Notes under the pieces: model-generated
Seen by the model: the letters and a program-made list of their open reading frames with translations, nothing else
Told to the model about the DNA's origin: nothing
The model's database searches: none
In this document: positions 23,955-37,490 of the stretch, one piece after another
Numbering within the stretch: position 1 is the stretch's first letter
How the letters are laid out: every line of letters begins with the position of its first letter
Program-made: the position numbers and the translations under genes
DNA from: Octopus bimaculoides
Lineage: Eukaryota
Direction of reading: 5' to 3'
Assembly: GCF_001194135.2 (NCBI RefSeq)
Contig: NC_068982.1
Location: 37,272,466-37,336,465 of the forward strand
Length of the DNA: 64,000 nucleotides

Positions 23955-24090
23955 TTAGGCAGTGCATCCAGTTGTAGAAACCATGCCAAAGCAGATATTG
24001 GTGCTTGGTGCAGTCCTATGGCTCATCAACTCCTGTGAAACTATCCAACCCATGCCAGCCTAGAAAAAGGACATTAAATGATGATGATGA
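23955..24090 (+). mobile_element. SINE type C 3' part
   Basis: gcatccagttgtagaaaccatgccaaag..ccaacccatgccagc..ggacattaaatgatgatg. Confidence 0.75.
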
Positions 24091-24107
24091 TTTTATATAT
24101 ATATATA

Positions 24108-24148
<41 letters not shown>

Positions 24149-26849
24149 CAACATGCATAAAATAATAATAATAATAACAACAATAATAATAAAGTATTAA
24201 CCAGTAAGAAAAAGTAAGTACATTCCTAGAGCTATTTGTATAAAAGACTTAAAATTTCTAATGTTTACATTCGTGACATTTTAGTTATGTGGTGCATGTG
24301 TACAATAAGGTAAATTTCACCAACCTTTTGGCAATGATAGTGAGAGCATGACATGTTACATTTTGTCTTAATAAAATCAGTTGGAAAATATCTCTGCAAC
24401 TGCTAGACACAAGTTGGTACAAGCACAAAATGATTGAGACAGTATATGGTGAACACTAGCAATTGCTCAAAGAAGTAAATGAGCTCATTCTGAAATAACC
24501 ATTGTCAAGAACATTGTACACATGCACTGGAACTAACATACTTCCTTTGGTTTGAAGTAAAAGGTGTAAAAGACTAGAATGTATGAGTTACTGTCATGGC
24601 ACCAAATGTTGAATATTCTGATAGCAACAAGAAAATTTACTCCGCAAAACAAAAACCAGATATATGATAAGATTACTGCTTATCTTAACTACATATTAGA
24701 TTATCTTGTGTTTATGTGTAATTTGTCAAACATTTTGAATTATCAGTACAAAAACTGAAATACTCTGTTAAGTCAGTTTTGTCAGTTTCGTGTTTTCATA
24801 CTTTTGGATTCTTCTAACAAGTTATGTGTAAGCAAGGAAATGATGACAATCATAAGAAAATCAAAGACTGCTAGATTCTCATTAAATAGGAATTTAAGAA
24901 AACTTGAGTCTTCTATAGTAGTTACAAATTCTTATCAGCTGATGGTCTACATACCTTATCTACAGTTACAATTTAGAATTATAAAACAAACAACTTTTAT
25001 GATAACTGGTCCCATTGTAGTCACCAGATCCCTAAATTCACATTTTCTAAACATCACACTTATCTAATTTAATGTGTAAATATCTGAGGTTAGCCTTGTC
25101 TTTAAGGATAAAAATTCTTTCAGTATTTACACCTACTCTATATTTTAATTGGTTTGATAACCAATCATCTTCATTTGTTAACTGTCTGGATGTGTTTGTA
25201 GTAGCTGATTCTTGATTGGAAGTAAGAGCTAGAAACACTTATTTCTAAACTCAGGGTAATTTAAGAACATTATTAAATTTTGAAATAAGCTTTACAAGTC
25301 TGAATTCAGCATATTACTATGTCATCAGCAATCTCTCAGGTTGGGGATGATTGTCCTCCAGATTTGAAAATCTGAAAGTCACCTGTGCAAGATTTTGTTT
25401 AGCATAGAAAAGCTGTTGAACATCTGTTTCCTCACAATCTTGACAATGAAATTATCTTGAATCAATAGCTAGGGGTCCAAGACAATTGGAGTTAGCAACC
25501 TGTTACTGCCATCATCTGCAATCACACACATTGAAGATTTGTTACCCACCTTCACCTTTCTTCCAGACTTTGAACTTCCCCGTCTCTTGAGAGGAGAGAT
25601 GACTTAATGTCTTTTACACAGGCTGATTCCAAGGAGTGTTTTGCATTATTTCTCTACTATTATATACATATCTAGGAATATGACACAATTATAAACTGAG
25701 ATCAACTCATCTGAAACAATGTGAACATGATTATATTTTTTTAAAAAACTTATTTTTCATTTCTAAAGATGAAATAAATTTTGAAAGCAAATATAAAATT
25801 TATAATTTTAGAATAAGTAACACTTTAAAAGTTGCTGTTAATGTATTATCTCAGCTATTATATAATAGTCATGTTTGGTTAGCTTACCAATTAATAAACA
25901 TGCACTCACACATTTGTAATTCTATTCATACCCATATTTTTTTTTAGTTCTTTATTGATATGTCCATTCTTTCAACACATCAACTCCCTTGTGTGTTGGT
26001 GTTGAAAAACATGCAAAAGAAGAGATTTATCTAAATGTTTATTGTCTTAATATTGAAATATGGTAAATTAAATTTAAATAATCTTCCAGCTTTGATTTAC
26101 ATTCAAATGTATCCAAACATATTTTTAGTCTATGTAAACAGTTTGTATTGTTTTGTTTTAATTGTTAACATTTAACATAAAATTCAATATCAACCAATGT
26201 TCTATCAAAATTTTATCAAAAAGCACAGAAGCCTAAAACCAAGCACAATGCAGACTCACTTGTTTTATAACTTTAATAGTTGTTGATAATTTGCCTCTTT
26301 CCACTTTTCTCTCTTTGTCCTGTTTAATTTTTATCAACAGTTTTTTTTTTACTTTAATTATTCCTCTTCTGTACACCCATTAATAGAAGATCAAGGAAAA
26401 GCACAATTAAAGGCAAAGTACTTAATATATAAAGTAAGATGGAAATATTTGTTTATTGAGGCTCTTACAAGACTAGTCATGTTTCCTTCTGAGAATTCAA
26501 CTAGTTTTGTAAGAGGCATCATCTTGACAAACACATACCTTAATTATTCTGTCACCTATTATAATTCTTATATTATTTCCATTTCAATGAATGGTTTCAA
26601 TAGTTCAAACTAAAATTCTATATTTTTGAGATGAAGCTGCTGGTGTGAGCATGTGATAATGGATTAAATATTGGTTCATTTCCTTTTATTTTTATTTTTG
26701 AATTGGAGGCCTTCAATTTCTGATGAAGTTGTAGGGGCACCATTGCAACATACAGCATGTCTTAGGTATTTTAAAACCTGGCAGAATCTATCCCTCTCCA
26801 GATCTGAGCATAGCCAATTTCTTCGTGAGAGAGAGAGAATAAATGAATC

Positions 26850-26968
26850 AATGGTATTTATTGAATTTGAAATGATGAAAAGCAAAGTTGATCTTGGCAG
26901 AATTGTGCAGAAAGCTAGAACAAATATTGTGAAGCATTCTATTTGATATTGTTACAACTCTGCCAAAT
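26850..26968 (-). mobile_element. Old SINE type B relic
   Basis: gatgaaaagcaaagttgatcttggcagaatt is the reverse complement of the type B core. Confidence 0.6.
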
Positions 26969-27052
26969 AATTACTTTACTAGATATATCTGGCCCTGATA
27001 CAATACTCCCACTTTCTTGATGAAAAGAAGAGCAAAGTGAGCTCTCATAATG

Positions 27053-27265
27053 GTTTCAAATTTTTCCACAAGGGCAGCCATTTTGAGGGAGGGGATGAGT
27101 CAATTACATCGACCCCAGTGTTTCACTGGTACTTATTTTATTGACCCTGAAAGGATGAAAGGCAAAGTCGACCTCAGCGGAATTTGAACTCAGAACGTAA
27201 AGACGGACGAAATACCACTAAGCATTTCGCCCGATGTGCCAACACTTCTGCCAGCTTGCTACCTT
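27053..27265 (-). mobile_element. Young SINE type B with perfect 19-bp target-site duplication
   Basis: TSD AAAGTGAGCTCTCATAATG at 27034-27052 and 27266-27284; CpGs retained. Confidence 0.95.
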
Positions 27266-27479
27266 AAAGTGAGCTCTCATAATGAATATTGTTTAGTCTA
27301 GCCATCTGCTGACCTATTATAACAATTTTTAGTATAAGCACCATATCAACCACATTTGTAGCCATACTACTTAAAGTGACTTATCTTTTACCAAGGAAAG
27401 CATTTGAAACTGTAATGAAAGCAGTTTTTTGGATGCACTTTCCAAACTTAACTATGAATAATAAAAAAATAGACATTAT

Positions 27480-27867
27480 AGGTGCAGACATGGCTAAGTG
27501 GTTAAAACATTTTAGATTCAGTCCCACTGTGTGACACCTTGAGCAAGTGTCTTCTACTACATCCCCAGGCAAACCAAAGCCTTGTGAATGGATTTAGTAG
27601 ACTTAAACTGAAAGAAGCCTGTTATATATGGTGGTAGGGGTCTTCTTATCTTGTTATTGCAAGATAGTTGTATATGAATGTTGCAATCATACAAGCAGGA
27701 TCATTCATTTCCAATATTCTGCAAAACATATCTGACCATGGAAATTATTACCTTGCTTGAAAACAGGTGAGGGTTGCCAACAGTAAGGGCATCCAGGTAA
27801 AGAAGATCTGTCTCAAATAAACTCCATGAAACCTATGCAACCATTGAAAAGTGAACATGATAATGAT
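27480..27867 (+). mobile_element. SINE with type A tRNA head (partly deleted) and type C-like tail
   Basis: ttcagtcccactgtgtgacaccttgagcaagtgtcttctac head; aaacaggtgagggttgccaacagtaagggcatcc; tail aaaagtgaacatgataatga. Confidence 0.85.
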
Positions 27868-28200
27868 TCTATTCCTTACTGTACATAGTTTATTGAGTAA
27901 AACCCTCCTTTTTTTTCTATCTCTATTTAATTAGCCATTGTTATAACTTTAGCTGTCATGTTTACTGTAATTAAGATTGCTATTTCTGCTTCATCCTATG
28001 ATTGTGGGTTTTGTCTGAAACTGGTCTGATAGTTTTTGTTTTGTTTGTTACTTTTTTATTTTATGTAGCTGTCATTGTTGTTGTCACTAAGGTTACTGAT
28101 GTTATCAATGTTTATATTACCATTAAAATTGTAAAGCTTTACTGTATTTTTGGCCTATATTCTTTGTAATACTCCACTTCTGTTCATATGCTTAAGTTAG

Positions 28201-28260
<60 letters not shown>

Positions 28261-28299
28261 NNNNNNNNNNNNNNNNNNNNNNNNNNNNNNNNAAGTTAG

Positions 28300-28339
<40 letters not shown>
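28201..28339. repeat. (TG)n microsatellite spanning an assembly gap
   Basis: Directly visible; the same aagttaga flank occurs on both sides of the gap. Confidence 0.9.
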
Positions 28340-28362
<23 letters not shown>

Positions 28363-29883
28363 CAGTAGTCTCTTTTCCATTTAGATATCCATCTGTAAGA
28401 TAGGAAATCAGGCATGGTTTCCCTACTTAATTTTTTTTCACAGCATTGGTATATGCATAAGATGCTTTTGTTTGTTTTGGTTTTGGTTTTTTGGGTATCT
28501 TTTTTTTTTCTCTCCATATTTTTCTTACAAGATATTCAGTTTAAGATGATTTCATGACTAATATTAAATTAAAACTTAGTACTGAATGATCGGTAGCAAA
28601 ATTTTTACAAAAAAACAATTCAGTTGAAAAAAGAAAGAAAAAAATTACAGATTTTTTTTTTTTTCTTATTGCAAATTAAATGTCTCTTTTGATGTGTAGA
28701 ATCATGTTAAAAATAGTTTATCTCAAGTCATGTCTTGTTAACCAATGCTGGCAAGTGCACATCTTCTATTGACAATTTTAAAAACAGAATGAAATGCTAG
28801 TGTCGATATTATGAAGTAACAACATTGATCAGAGAAGTCTTTGTTTCTGGACTACAGGCAACAGGCAAAATAGCTGGCTTGTGCTGATTTAAACGACTAA
28901 CTTTCCTAACCATTAACACTCGTTTTCCAGCATATGCTTCTTATGTGTGGGTGGGTAGGTGGGTGTATATCAACTACAGATTTTTCTTGTTCTTTCTTTG
29001 CTTTTACTGTCTGTAAGTAGCTTTCCTCTTAATAATTGTCATAAAATCTAGTTACCTTTGATACTCTTTATTTTCAGCACAGAGTTCAACAAATAGTTTC
29101 CACTTCCTTGGATGCTTTTTTTTTTTTTGTGTTGTTATTAATTTATTTCTTCTATTCACTGGTTACTGTCTGATACAGATAAATAGTACAGTTAAAAATA
29201 AAAACAGAAAATGATTTAAATGAGTAGAGCTGTTTAATACCAAGCTGATAGTTTTTATTAATTTGTCCTGTTATCACGAATTGCACAAATATTCTTGTAT
29301 ATATTAGAATTGTATTTCATCTTTTGGTATGACTACCTACAAGATTTTATAATTTATTTGCAATGAAATCTTCTTTATCTGATGCAACAAAAAACCTTTT
29401 TAATTAAAGATTTTCATAGAAAATAATCTATATAGCATTTTGTGTTTATATTATTGATCTTAATTACAAGATGAAATTTTGATATTGTAATGGATAAAAG
29501 TTATCAGTGGATATCCAGAGGTGTGTTAGACTAATTTTGTTTGTTACATTCATATATGGCATGTTATAATTAACTGTATGTACAAAAGATAATCAAAATT
29601 CTGAAGAACAGTGTTGAGATGTTGTGATAAGAGTTGAACTGAATGCTTGTTCTGTTCAGAAGTGGGAGGAATGTATGTGCTTACATTTAGAAAGTTTGGA
29701 GGTTTGGGAACTAACATTAAATAGGATAACAAAGAGTAACACATTAAATGTTTACAGATAAGGGTTTTTGGGGTCTTTTTTTTTTTGTTGTTTTTAGAAA
29801 TGAGTTACAACATAACCAACATTAGATTGAAGGATTATTCAAAGTTTTTTTGAAAATTTTTAGATTTGTGAAACGTATTATAA

Positions 29884-30126
29884 TTCAAGCCTGAGTGTCC
29901 TTTGAAACCGCCGTATGCTAAAAACTTGATCCACATTGTAGAAACTGTCAAAGAGCTGCCTAGAAAGTTCCAGATTTTGAACAATAGTCCAGAACCCCTA
30001 ATTTCAAAAAATCACAAAATGCCAGTGCCATCTAGAAAGTGGTCTTGCTTGATATGTAAGGGAAAAACAGGTAGATGTTTTATGCTGTGTACTCAGTGCA
30101 AACTGATTACACAAAATCAGTGGTAG
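29884..30126 (+). pseudogene. Possible piggyBac-type transposase C-terminal cysteine-rich domain relic
   Basis: HKMPVPSRKWSCLICKGKTGRCFMLCTQCK resembles the H.PVP..K..C..C..KT...C..C pattern; no DDD core or TIRs found. Confidence 0.35.
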
Positions 30127-33100
30127 CGATGATGATAATGGCAGTGGTGATGACAAGAAAGACAAAAATAAAAGAAGAAACAGAAAAGTAACTGGCTAAT
30201 GTAATATTGAACTACCAACTTAGGATTCTTGAGTTTGGGTTCACTATTGGCATTTTATTAAGTCTCTAGAAAGATCACATTATTCTGTGTGCCAAAACTT
30301 CTGCTTAATTCTATAGGATTCAGTACTGAAATACCATCTCATTAGACCTCTGAGGTTCATGTGTAAATGAAAGGTAAAATAGAACAAGTTTGGAGTAGAT
30401 GCAAGAATTGAAAGTATAAGAAAGTCAGGGAAGAAAACATAATTTGATGATGAGCCAGAAATTTAAGACGGATTGTAATAGTTGATAGCATACTCTGTAA
30501 AATAACGTATCATAGTGTACTGTCTGAGAAGACCAAATATATGTTAAGTAGAAAGAACTAAATAAATTGATAAAATTTGGACACATATTTTTCTCTGTCT
30601 TTGCTTTCCTTTAAGAATATCAGTTTTTAAAAAGAATTTCTTAATTTATCTGTGTTTGGGTTACAAAATACCAGAATATTTTCATTCAGTTTACTTATCC
30701 TGTTCATATATCCACACCAATTGAATCAAATTATTACGAACATTACAAGTTCCTCTCAGAAATTTACAAAGAGTGCGGTATTAAAGTTGTATTCCTAAAC
30801 CTAGTAAATGCATGTTTTCTAAGATACTCAACAGAAACCAGAAACATAAAATGTATGTAATATTTACTTCTGTTGTTAACAGTCAAGCAACAGTTGTTAG
30901 AATGAAATATCTCCGTTATTTTACATGAAAAATGATTACAATAGAACACCAGGTAAAAATCATATTAAAATATCTTTTTTCATTGTCTCAGCAGGAAACA
31001 GCTTTACCTATTGTTTGTACATAAACAATCAACCTCATTAGTTGGATAAAAATCTGATAAACCGTGTATCACATGTCAGTTGTTAGATATAACAAACTAA
31101 CTTTAGTCTCACTCATATAAGTGCATATGTTTGTGTACATGTGTGTGTATCATAATCATTATATAATCATTATTATATTTGCTTTTTCTATTGTGGTTTA
31201 GTGTTGAGTAAAACTTCTTGAGACTATATTCTACAGCAGGATGCTCTCTACCATCCCTTATTTGCCATTAAGTAATGAATGTACTTTATTTTCTGGTTTT
31301 TGATCATCAAACTGAGCTGTAGGACATACACTAATGTCAATGCTACCCAGATTGTGTCAGCACAAAGAGAAGCAGACAAATGCGTATGTGTACACACACA
31401 CACACAGATTCCATATTTCCTTTAACATCAATATCAACCAGCTTACAACCAAGATCAGTTGAGTTTCTTTATGTACACAGCTCAGAAATTCCAGGATAGC
31501 TAATCTACTGCTTGTCATTATGCCAGCTGCCTGGAACACCTCAGGCAGTTGAGCTTAGTATGCTCAGATAATATCAACAATTATTTGTAACAAACTAGCA
31601 ATAATGGTATTAAAAAATATATAAAAACAAGATGGTAACTAAATAAAAGATTTATACAACAAAAAATGTCCTGGTCATTTTTGAGATGAAAGCATTCCTG
31701 TTTCTTTTCTGCTTCTATGCTTTCACATTTGCTGACCACAAAATTACCACTTGAAAAATTATAGGTACTTTTAACTGCATTTTCATACTTCATTTCCCAA
31801 CTGAGTGACGATTTGTTCTTCACTCTCAGCTTAATCCTTTCTTTCTAAGATCTGTATTATGTCTGTAACACAGCATCCTCTTTAAAGCTCTTCTGATGTC
31901 CTTAAGTTTAGTGTCAGCCAGTTCATTAGAGATGTGGTCACAAACCTCCATTTCATTTTCACTTTAACCCATTAGCATTCAGATTTCTTTGTCAAATATA
32001 TTGCTTCTTTATTCACATTGTTTTTAATTAATCATGCATTATCTTGCAGTTTCAAGATTTCAATGGTGTGTTTGTATATTCTTAGAATGATATTGTGGGA
32101 TGGATACAAGAAGCTGAATCTGGTCAGTTTTAACATAAAACAGGAAGACTATTTGGGCCAGATATGGCAGATTAAATACTAAGGAGTTAAATACTGCACA
32201 TTGACATTCACTAATATCCTTATGCCTAACACAACTACCTGTGGTCATCATAAATCTTGTCCTTATTTTAGGCGCCAATTCTGTGTTACTTTCACAATTT
32301 GTAAAGTGGTGCAAGCTAAATTTCAAATGCTATATAAGTTATAACCTTTAAAGCAGAGACATGTCTGGAAAGGCAAGGTAGGCAGTGCCTAAGCCAGACT
32401 AAAACTATAAATATTACAGTAAATGATTTCCAGCTCATTATAAAAATGTGAATTAAATGCATTGAATTAGTAAAGGGTTAATATTTTTGATGTTAAACAG
32501 GCACAATTTCTGTTGCTTTTAAGTTCAACACACACACACACACAGAATTACTATTACTTCATATGTCCGAGTTCAGCTCTATAATACATTAAATATAGTG
32601 AAAGTAAAAGCAGATTTACTCTACTTTTTGGGTCAGTGTGCATGTGGGTATTTGCTTCTAATGATTGATCTAATTTTTATTCACATGGCTGCATAAAATA
32701 GTAATAAAGAATGTATGTTTGTGTACAACTGTTTTATAAAACTATGTATCTACAAGTATCTTCTGCATAATTATGTTTATGCTTGTTTACATAAATATAC
32801 ATAGCTACAACTTATTCAGCTTGCACAACTTGCTCAGCTTTAATTTGTTACTGTAAATATATATATATAGGGCACATGGTAAGCATAATATGCATGAATG
32901 CTGATATTTCACAGCTTTGCTTGTCACCACCTGAGCAAAATAGTGATATGATGTGCACATATATTGTTGATATTATGGTCAGTCATCCTATACTGCTAAA
33001 AACCACTGAAATTTTTGTACTTGAAAAGCAGGTAAGGGTTGGTGACAGGAAGAGCATTTGACTGTAAATTGTTGTCTCAAATAAGCTGGTATGGAAAAAA

Positions 33101-35989
33101 GGGTATTAAATGATTGTGCATGCATGTGTGTGTGTGAGAGAGAGAGTATATATGCTTTGTTACCAAAATATTTTTACATATTGCCTCCTTGTGATAATGC
33201 CTGCTGCCTAACCTAAGTTTATATTCACAGTATGTGCCTGATTTCAGGTATATAGACGTGATACAAAGAGAGAAATTTGGGTTTTTTATTTATTATCTCT
33301 TTATCGCATGTTTTGATAAGTGCATATATTTATCTGTGTAAATCGTCCATTGTTAAGATTCCAACAAATATCTCATTCAAGCTGTATGTTCTTGTGAAAT
33401 CCAAATATTCTCTTTGTTTATGCAATCATTTTGCTATACATTAATTTTAGGTGTCGCTAATGTAACATGGAACAGTGTTTTACAACCAGGGTCAGTATGC
33501 CAGAGTGTTGCAAGATTGACAAATTTGCAACACTGACCTATTATAAGATTATAAGATTGAAATGTGAAAATAAAATACAATTTACTTAGGAGTACCAGAG
33601 CACTTAACACATATTCTTAGTGTACACAAGTAAAACAAAGATATAGATAATTCAAAATATAACTCAACTGACAAACAAGTAAAGTCCTCCTATAATACTC
33701 TTAAGATGTGTTACCAAAATTTAATGAATTTTCAATCAGTTTTATTGCTTCTTTTTCCTTGAGGGTCATCTGTCATCTCATTAACAATTTATAAAAAAAA
33801 AGTCAAATATTTTCCCATATAAATGTAGACAAACCTTTATCAGTCATTCATATATATCCAAGCACAGAACCTTTTCCTTATTTTATTTTTTATTTTTACA
33901 TTAACAAATGGAAGAACTTCCTAAATTTTCAATGTTTACTGAAGATAGTTTTGTTATTGTTTTGACTTCTGGCTATGTTTAGAAGTCAAACAATTTGACT
34001 AATGTATTTGACTTGATAATATATTGAGTGGTTAATTTCACAACCATTGACCTTCATATATGCTTTCTTTCTATACTGTACATTTTCCAACTAAGTAATA
34101 GTCTTTAGTCTGTGTGTTTATGAATATGTGTATACGGGAAAGAAAAAAGTAAGGCACGTGTTTCTTCAATTGACTATTCCCATCAGATGCCTGTAAATGC
34201 ATTTATATAGTAGGACAGTGGAGTGTGAAAGCTATTGTTTATATTGTACAATCCAAATAATGTAACAGTCAGGGAATACTAAGAAGACTAATTTTCGTAA
34301 TTATTTCCCTATTCACTTTAGAGAGAATGTGGTGTCAATGTGTCAGGAAGTCGGTGCTACCAAGCTAAATAAATTCCACTTTAAGTTCTTTATTTTAAAA
34401 TCTTTGTCATTCACTGTGGTTATATATTGTTTACTTTTGTATTGTTTCATATTAGAGAATATAATTCTCTTAATTCAATAGTCATAGATTATAAATTCAG
34501 ATGTATGTATATTCAAAAACCATAAAAGTGGAAGGGTAAGAAGAAAGTGAATGAGAGGATGTGAAGGGCTGTTATAAGATGAGATAACAAATGTAAGGGA
34601 AGAGCTAAAGACAGAAAGCTGTCAAGAGAAGTTTTGATGACAGCTTTTTTGGAAAGGGAAAAGACAGGTACTATTAACATGAGAGAGGGAGAGGAAGCAA
34701 CTGACAGAGAGAGTGAATGTGTGTGTGTGTGCATTTCTAATGAAAATATAACTTTGATTTAAGAAAAAATGTTAGAAAGAAAGTAATATTGATCCATAGT
34801 TCATGTGCAGCTAAAGGAAAATATGCGTGAAGAGTATTCTGCATACTAAATACAAATATGGCTGGTGAAATTTAGTGATTGAAAATCTTTAGTAAACTGA
34901 AATTATCTGAGCAATTAGTCCATAAATGCTCCCTCTTTGACTAAAATGTAAAAAAAACAAACAAGAGAGATGACTCCACAAGATCAGTTGATTGAAGTTT
35001 TTGAACAGGGGTAGCAATGCAAATTGGAGTGGATCTAGTGACCATGACAGGCATGTTCCAGTTTTATTAGCCTCTGTTACAATATTCTGCTCAGTTGGCA
35101 AGACTTGGAGTAATCATTGTATGTAAAAATATAGGGAATATAGTAAAACTGACTGAACAAAGCTCATTATATTATTACATAACCCATAAATAGCAATTTT
35201 ATGTAGTTATTTTCACTTTTATAGTGATTAAAAATAATTTTTAGTTATGAACTCTATATTCATATTCAAATACTATTAAAGTAAGAATTCAATACTAAAT
35301 TCCTTATTGGATATGACCTCTTTAACTATTGCTTCAATACTTACCTGTCACTAAATATGTGCATGTGTTAAGACATGTGCATGCTATAAGCTTGTATCCA
35401 TCCGTCAAAGAATTAATAGCTTTTTTTTCTTTGATATGTTCTTAGCATTTTATTTGTACAGAAATTAGCTATTTATGAATTTTTCACATACAGCTTATGT
35501 TACATGCATTCTTAACATGGAAATTTGAAATAGTTTCTTTTCTTGAGGTAGCAAGTGTTAGAGCATGTCTTGTGATATGTTTGGTGTCTTTAAAATGCAG
35601 ATACAGAAAACTGTTTAAAGTTGGTTGAGTATAGATGAAAAATATGTTCCTTTCAGCAGAACATATACTAAAGTTGTAAATTTATTAACTTGACAACATA
35701 TTTTAATATCCTCTTTAAATGACTTAAACAAAAGCCACTAAAACTAGTTTTCAAGAGATTATTGGGACTTGTGTAGAATCACCATGTTTGTATTTGTTTT
35801 TTTTTATATCAAGATTTAGCTTACCTGAACTGGCATCACATTGACAGTCCATACTGAAACCTTTTTGAAGAATTAGAAAAAGAAAACCATTGGAATATCT
35901 TCATATCTGTTTATGAAAACTTTTATTCAATAGTATATAATTTTAATTTTCATTCAGTTGGTCATTTTACTTATTAACATTATTGTTAA

Positions 35990-36330
35990 TGCTTCTTGAG
36001 GAAGCATGGATGGGTCTGTAAAATCACCTCTTTCACTATCTCCTCCATTTATCAGTTCCTCCAGGAAACCATCATAATCTCAGTTTTCTCTATCCTACTG
36101 CTGTCATGATTATAATCACTCATCACGTTTTCCTACTAGCTTACATTATCCATTCTCAGGAATTCTCTATTAATATGACCAGTTCTTTTGTATGTAGCAA
36201 CCAATGCTTCTAATCTCAGCTGCTTTTTCATCTTACTTCCACTCCGTATGTTTCTTTCAAGTTAGCATAACTTGTCATATCAGTTTATTCGTTCTTCTCT
36301 AGCTTCTGCATGACTAGGAATAAATTTAAC
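35990..36330 (-). mobile_element. Old RTE-like LINE 3' relic
   Basis: Degenerate purine-rich tract resembling the RTE C-terminus (..QLRLEA.., GHI, RKT); no intact ORF. Confidence 0.4.
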
Positions 36331-37436
36331 CTTAAGTATTATAGTAGACCTAACCCTTAGACAAAACTACAATCAATGACTACTGAAATGCCTGCACTCT
36401 TTATTGCACCATTGAGAAAGTTGCAATTATATACTACTTTCTCTAATACATGATAATTATATTGGAAATATACAATTAAGTAGGTGCATAAGAATTATGA
36501 TAAGCTAATATTATAATTAAACTTTTACTCATTGAATAATAAAAAATAAATTATAATTACGAAGTATACAAAGCTGAAATAGCTCTAAGACTTGTTTACA
36601 TTCAAAATTTAGTAGTAGTAATTAACTAGTGTGGTATTATCACCTTGACAAGGATATTTTTATCTCATGCATCAAGCTACATCATTCCTATTTAGTTGCT
36701 AGGGAAGTTGAGTGAAGTTTGGAATTATGTCAAGACAAGTTATTACACGGGTTTAACCAAGCAGAAATATATGTCAACATACACTGGAAAGCTCATGTGT
36801 TGTAACTACATAATCATAGAAAGCTAGACTTGATATGCTGTAAAAGTTTAATGCATTTTTAATGTCGTTCCAGATTGCTTTTTGAGAGCTTCAGCCTAAT
36901 GAAAGATAAGATGTCATCAGAGAATAGGTTTTCTTTTCTAAGTTCTGTCAAGGATGTTGATAACTAAATTGATCTCATTATTGTAGCTTTTCTGCTTAAT
37001 AAGATTTTATGTGTGGTCTACAACTGTTTGGGGCTCTGAAAGGAATATCAAGACTATGAAGCTGGTTTGGTCATTTACACATGTGATTTCCAGATATTGT
37101 ATTTAGTTAAGTCCTTGCAGCTTCAGCACGAAGGATTCTTTCATTTGTTTGGAGTTGTCTCTAACACCCAAACCTCTTAAATTTGTTGTTGGCTCAATCA
37201 GTAAAAGATAGGAAAGACAAAAATTGAATGGACATTTGTCATTATTGAATGAGTAGATGCAATTGGAGGCTTACATTAAAAAATAGGATTGATAAATTCT
37301 AGAAATACTAAACACCTTTAGTAACCACATGTTTCATCAGACTGTAACTATTTAATCATTTTCATACATAAATAGTAACGTTTAAAAGATGGATGATGAT
37401 CATAATGGAGTAAATAAGCATGATAATGACATGTTT

Positions 37437-37451
37437 TTTCTTTTTTCTTTT

Positions 37452-37490
<39 letters not shown>
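37437..37490. repeat. Poly(T) tract
   Basis: Directly visible. Confidence 0.95.

Noticed and set aside
28193-28300. Direct repeat aagttaga(tg)n on both sides of the gap
   Set aside because: Most likely an assembly overlap of one microsatellite.
30447-30526. C/D box snoRNA (ATGATGA..CTGA)
   Set aside because: No terminal stem and no recognisable rRNA-complementary guide.
33490-33538. Short inverted repeat gtgttgcaa/ttgcaacac
   Set aside because: Only 9 bp, with no TSD or other copies; too weak to call a MITE.
34149-34160. miR-124-like seed taaggcac
   Set aside because: Seed only; no mature sequence or hairpin. No conserved miRNA was recognised in the window.
36850-37210. L1/Tx1-like GLGVRD motif on the - strand
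   Set aside because: A single short motif with stops; insufficient support.
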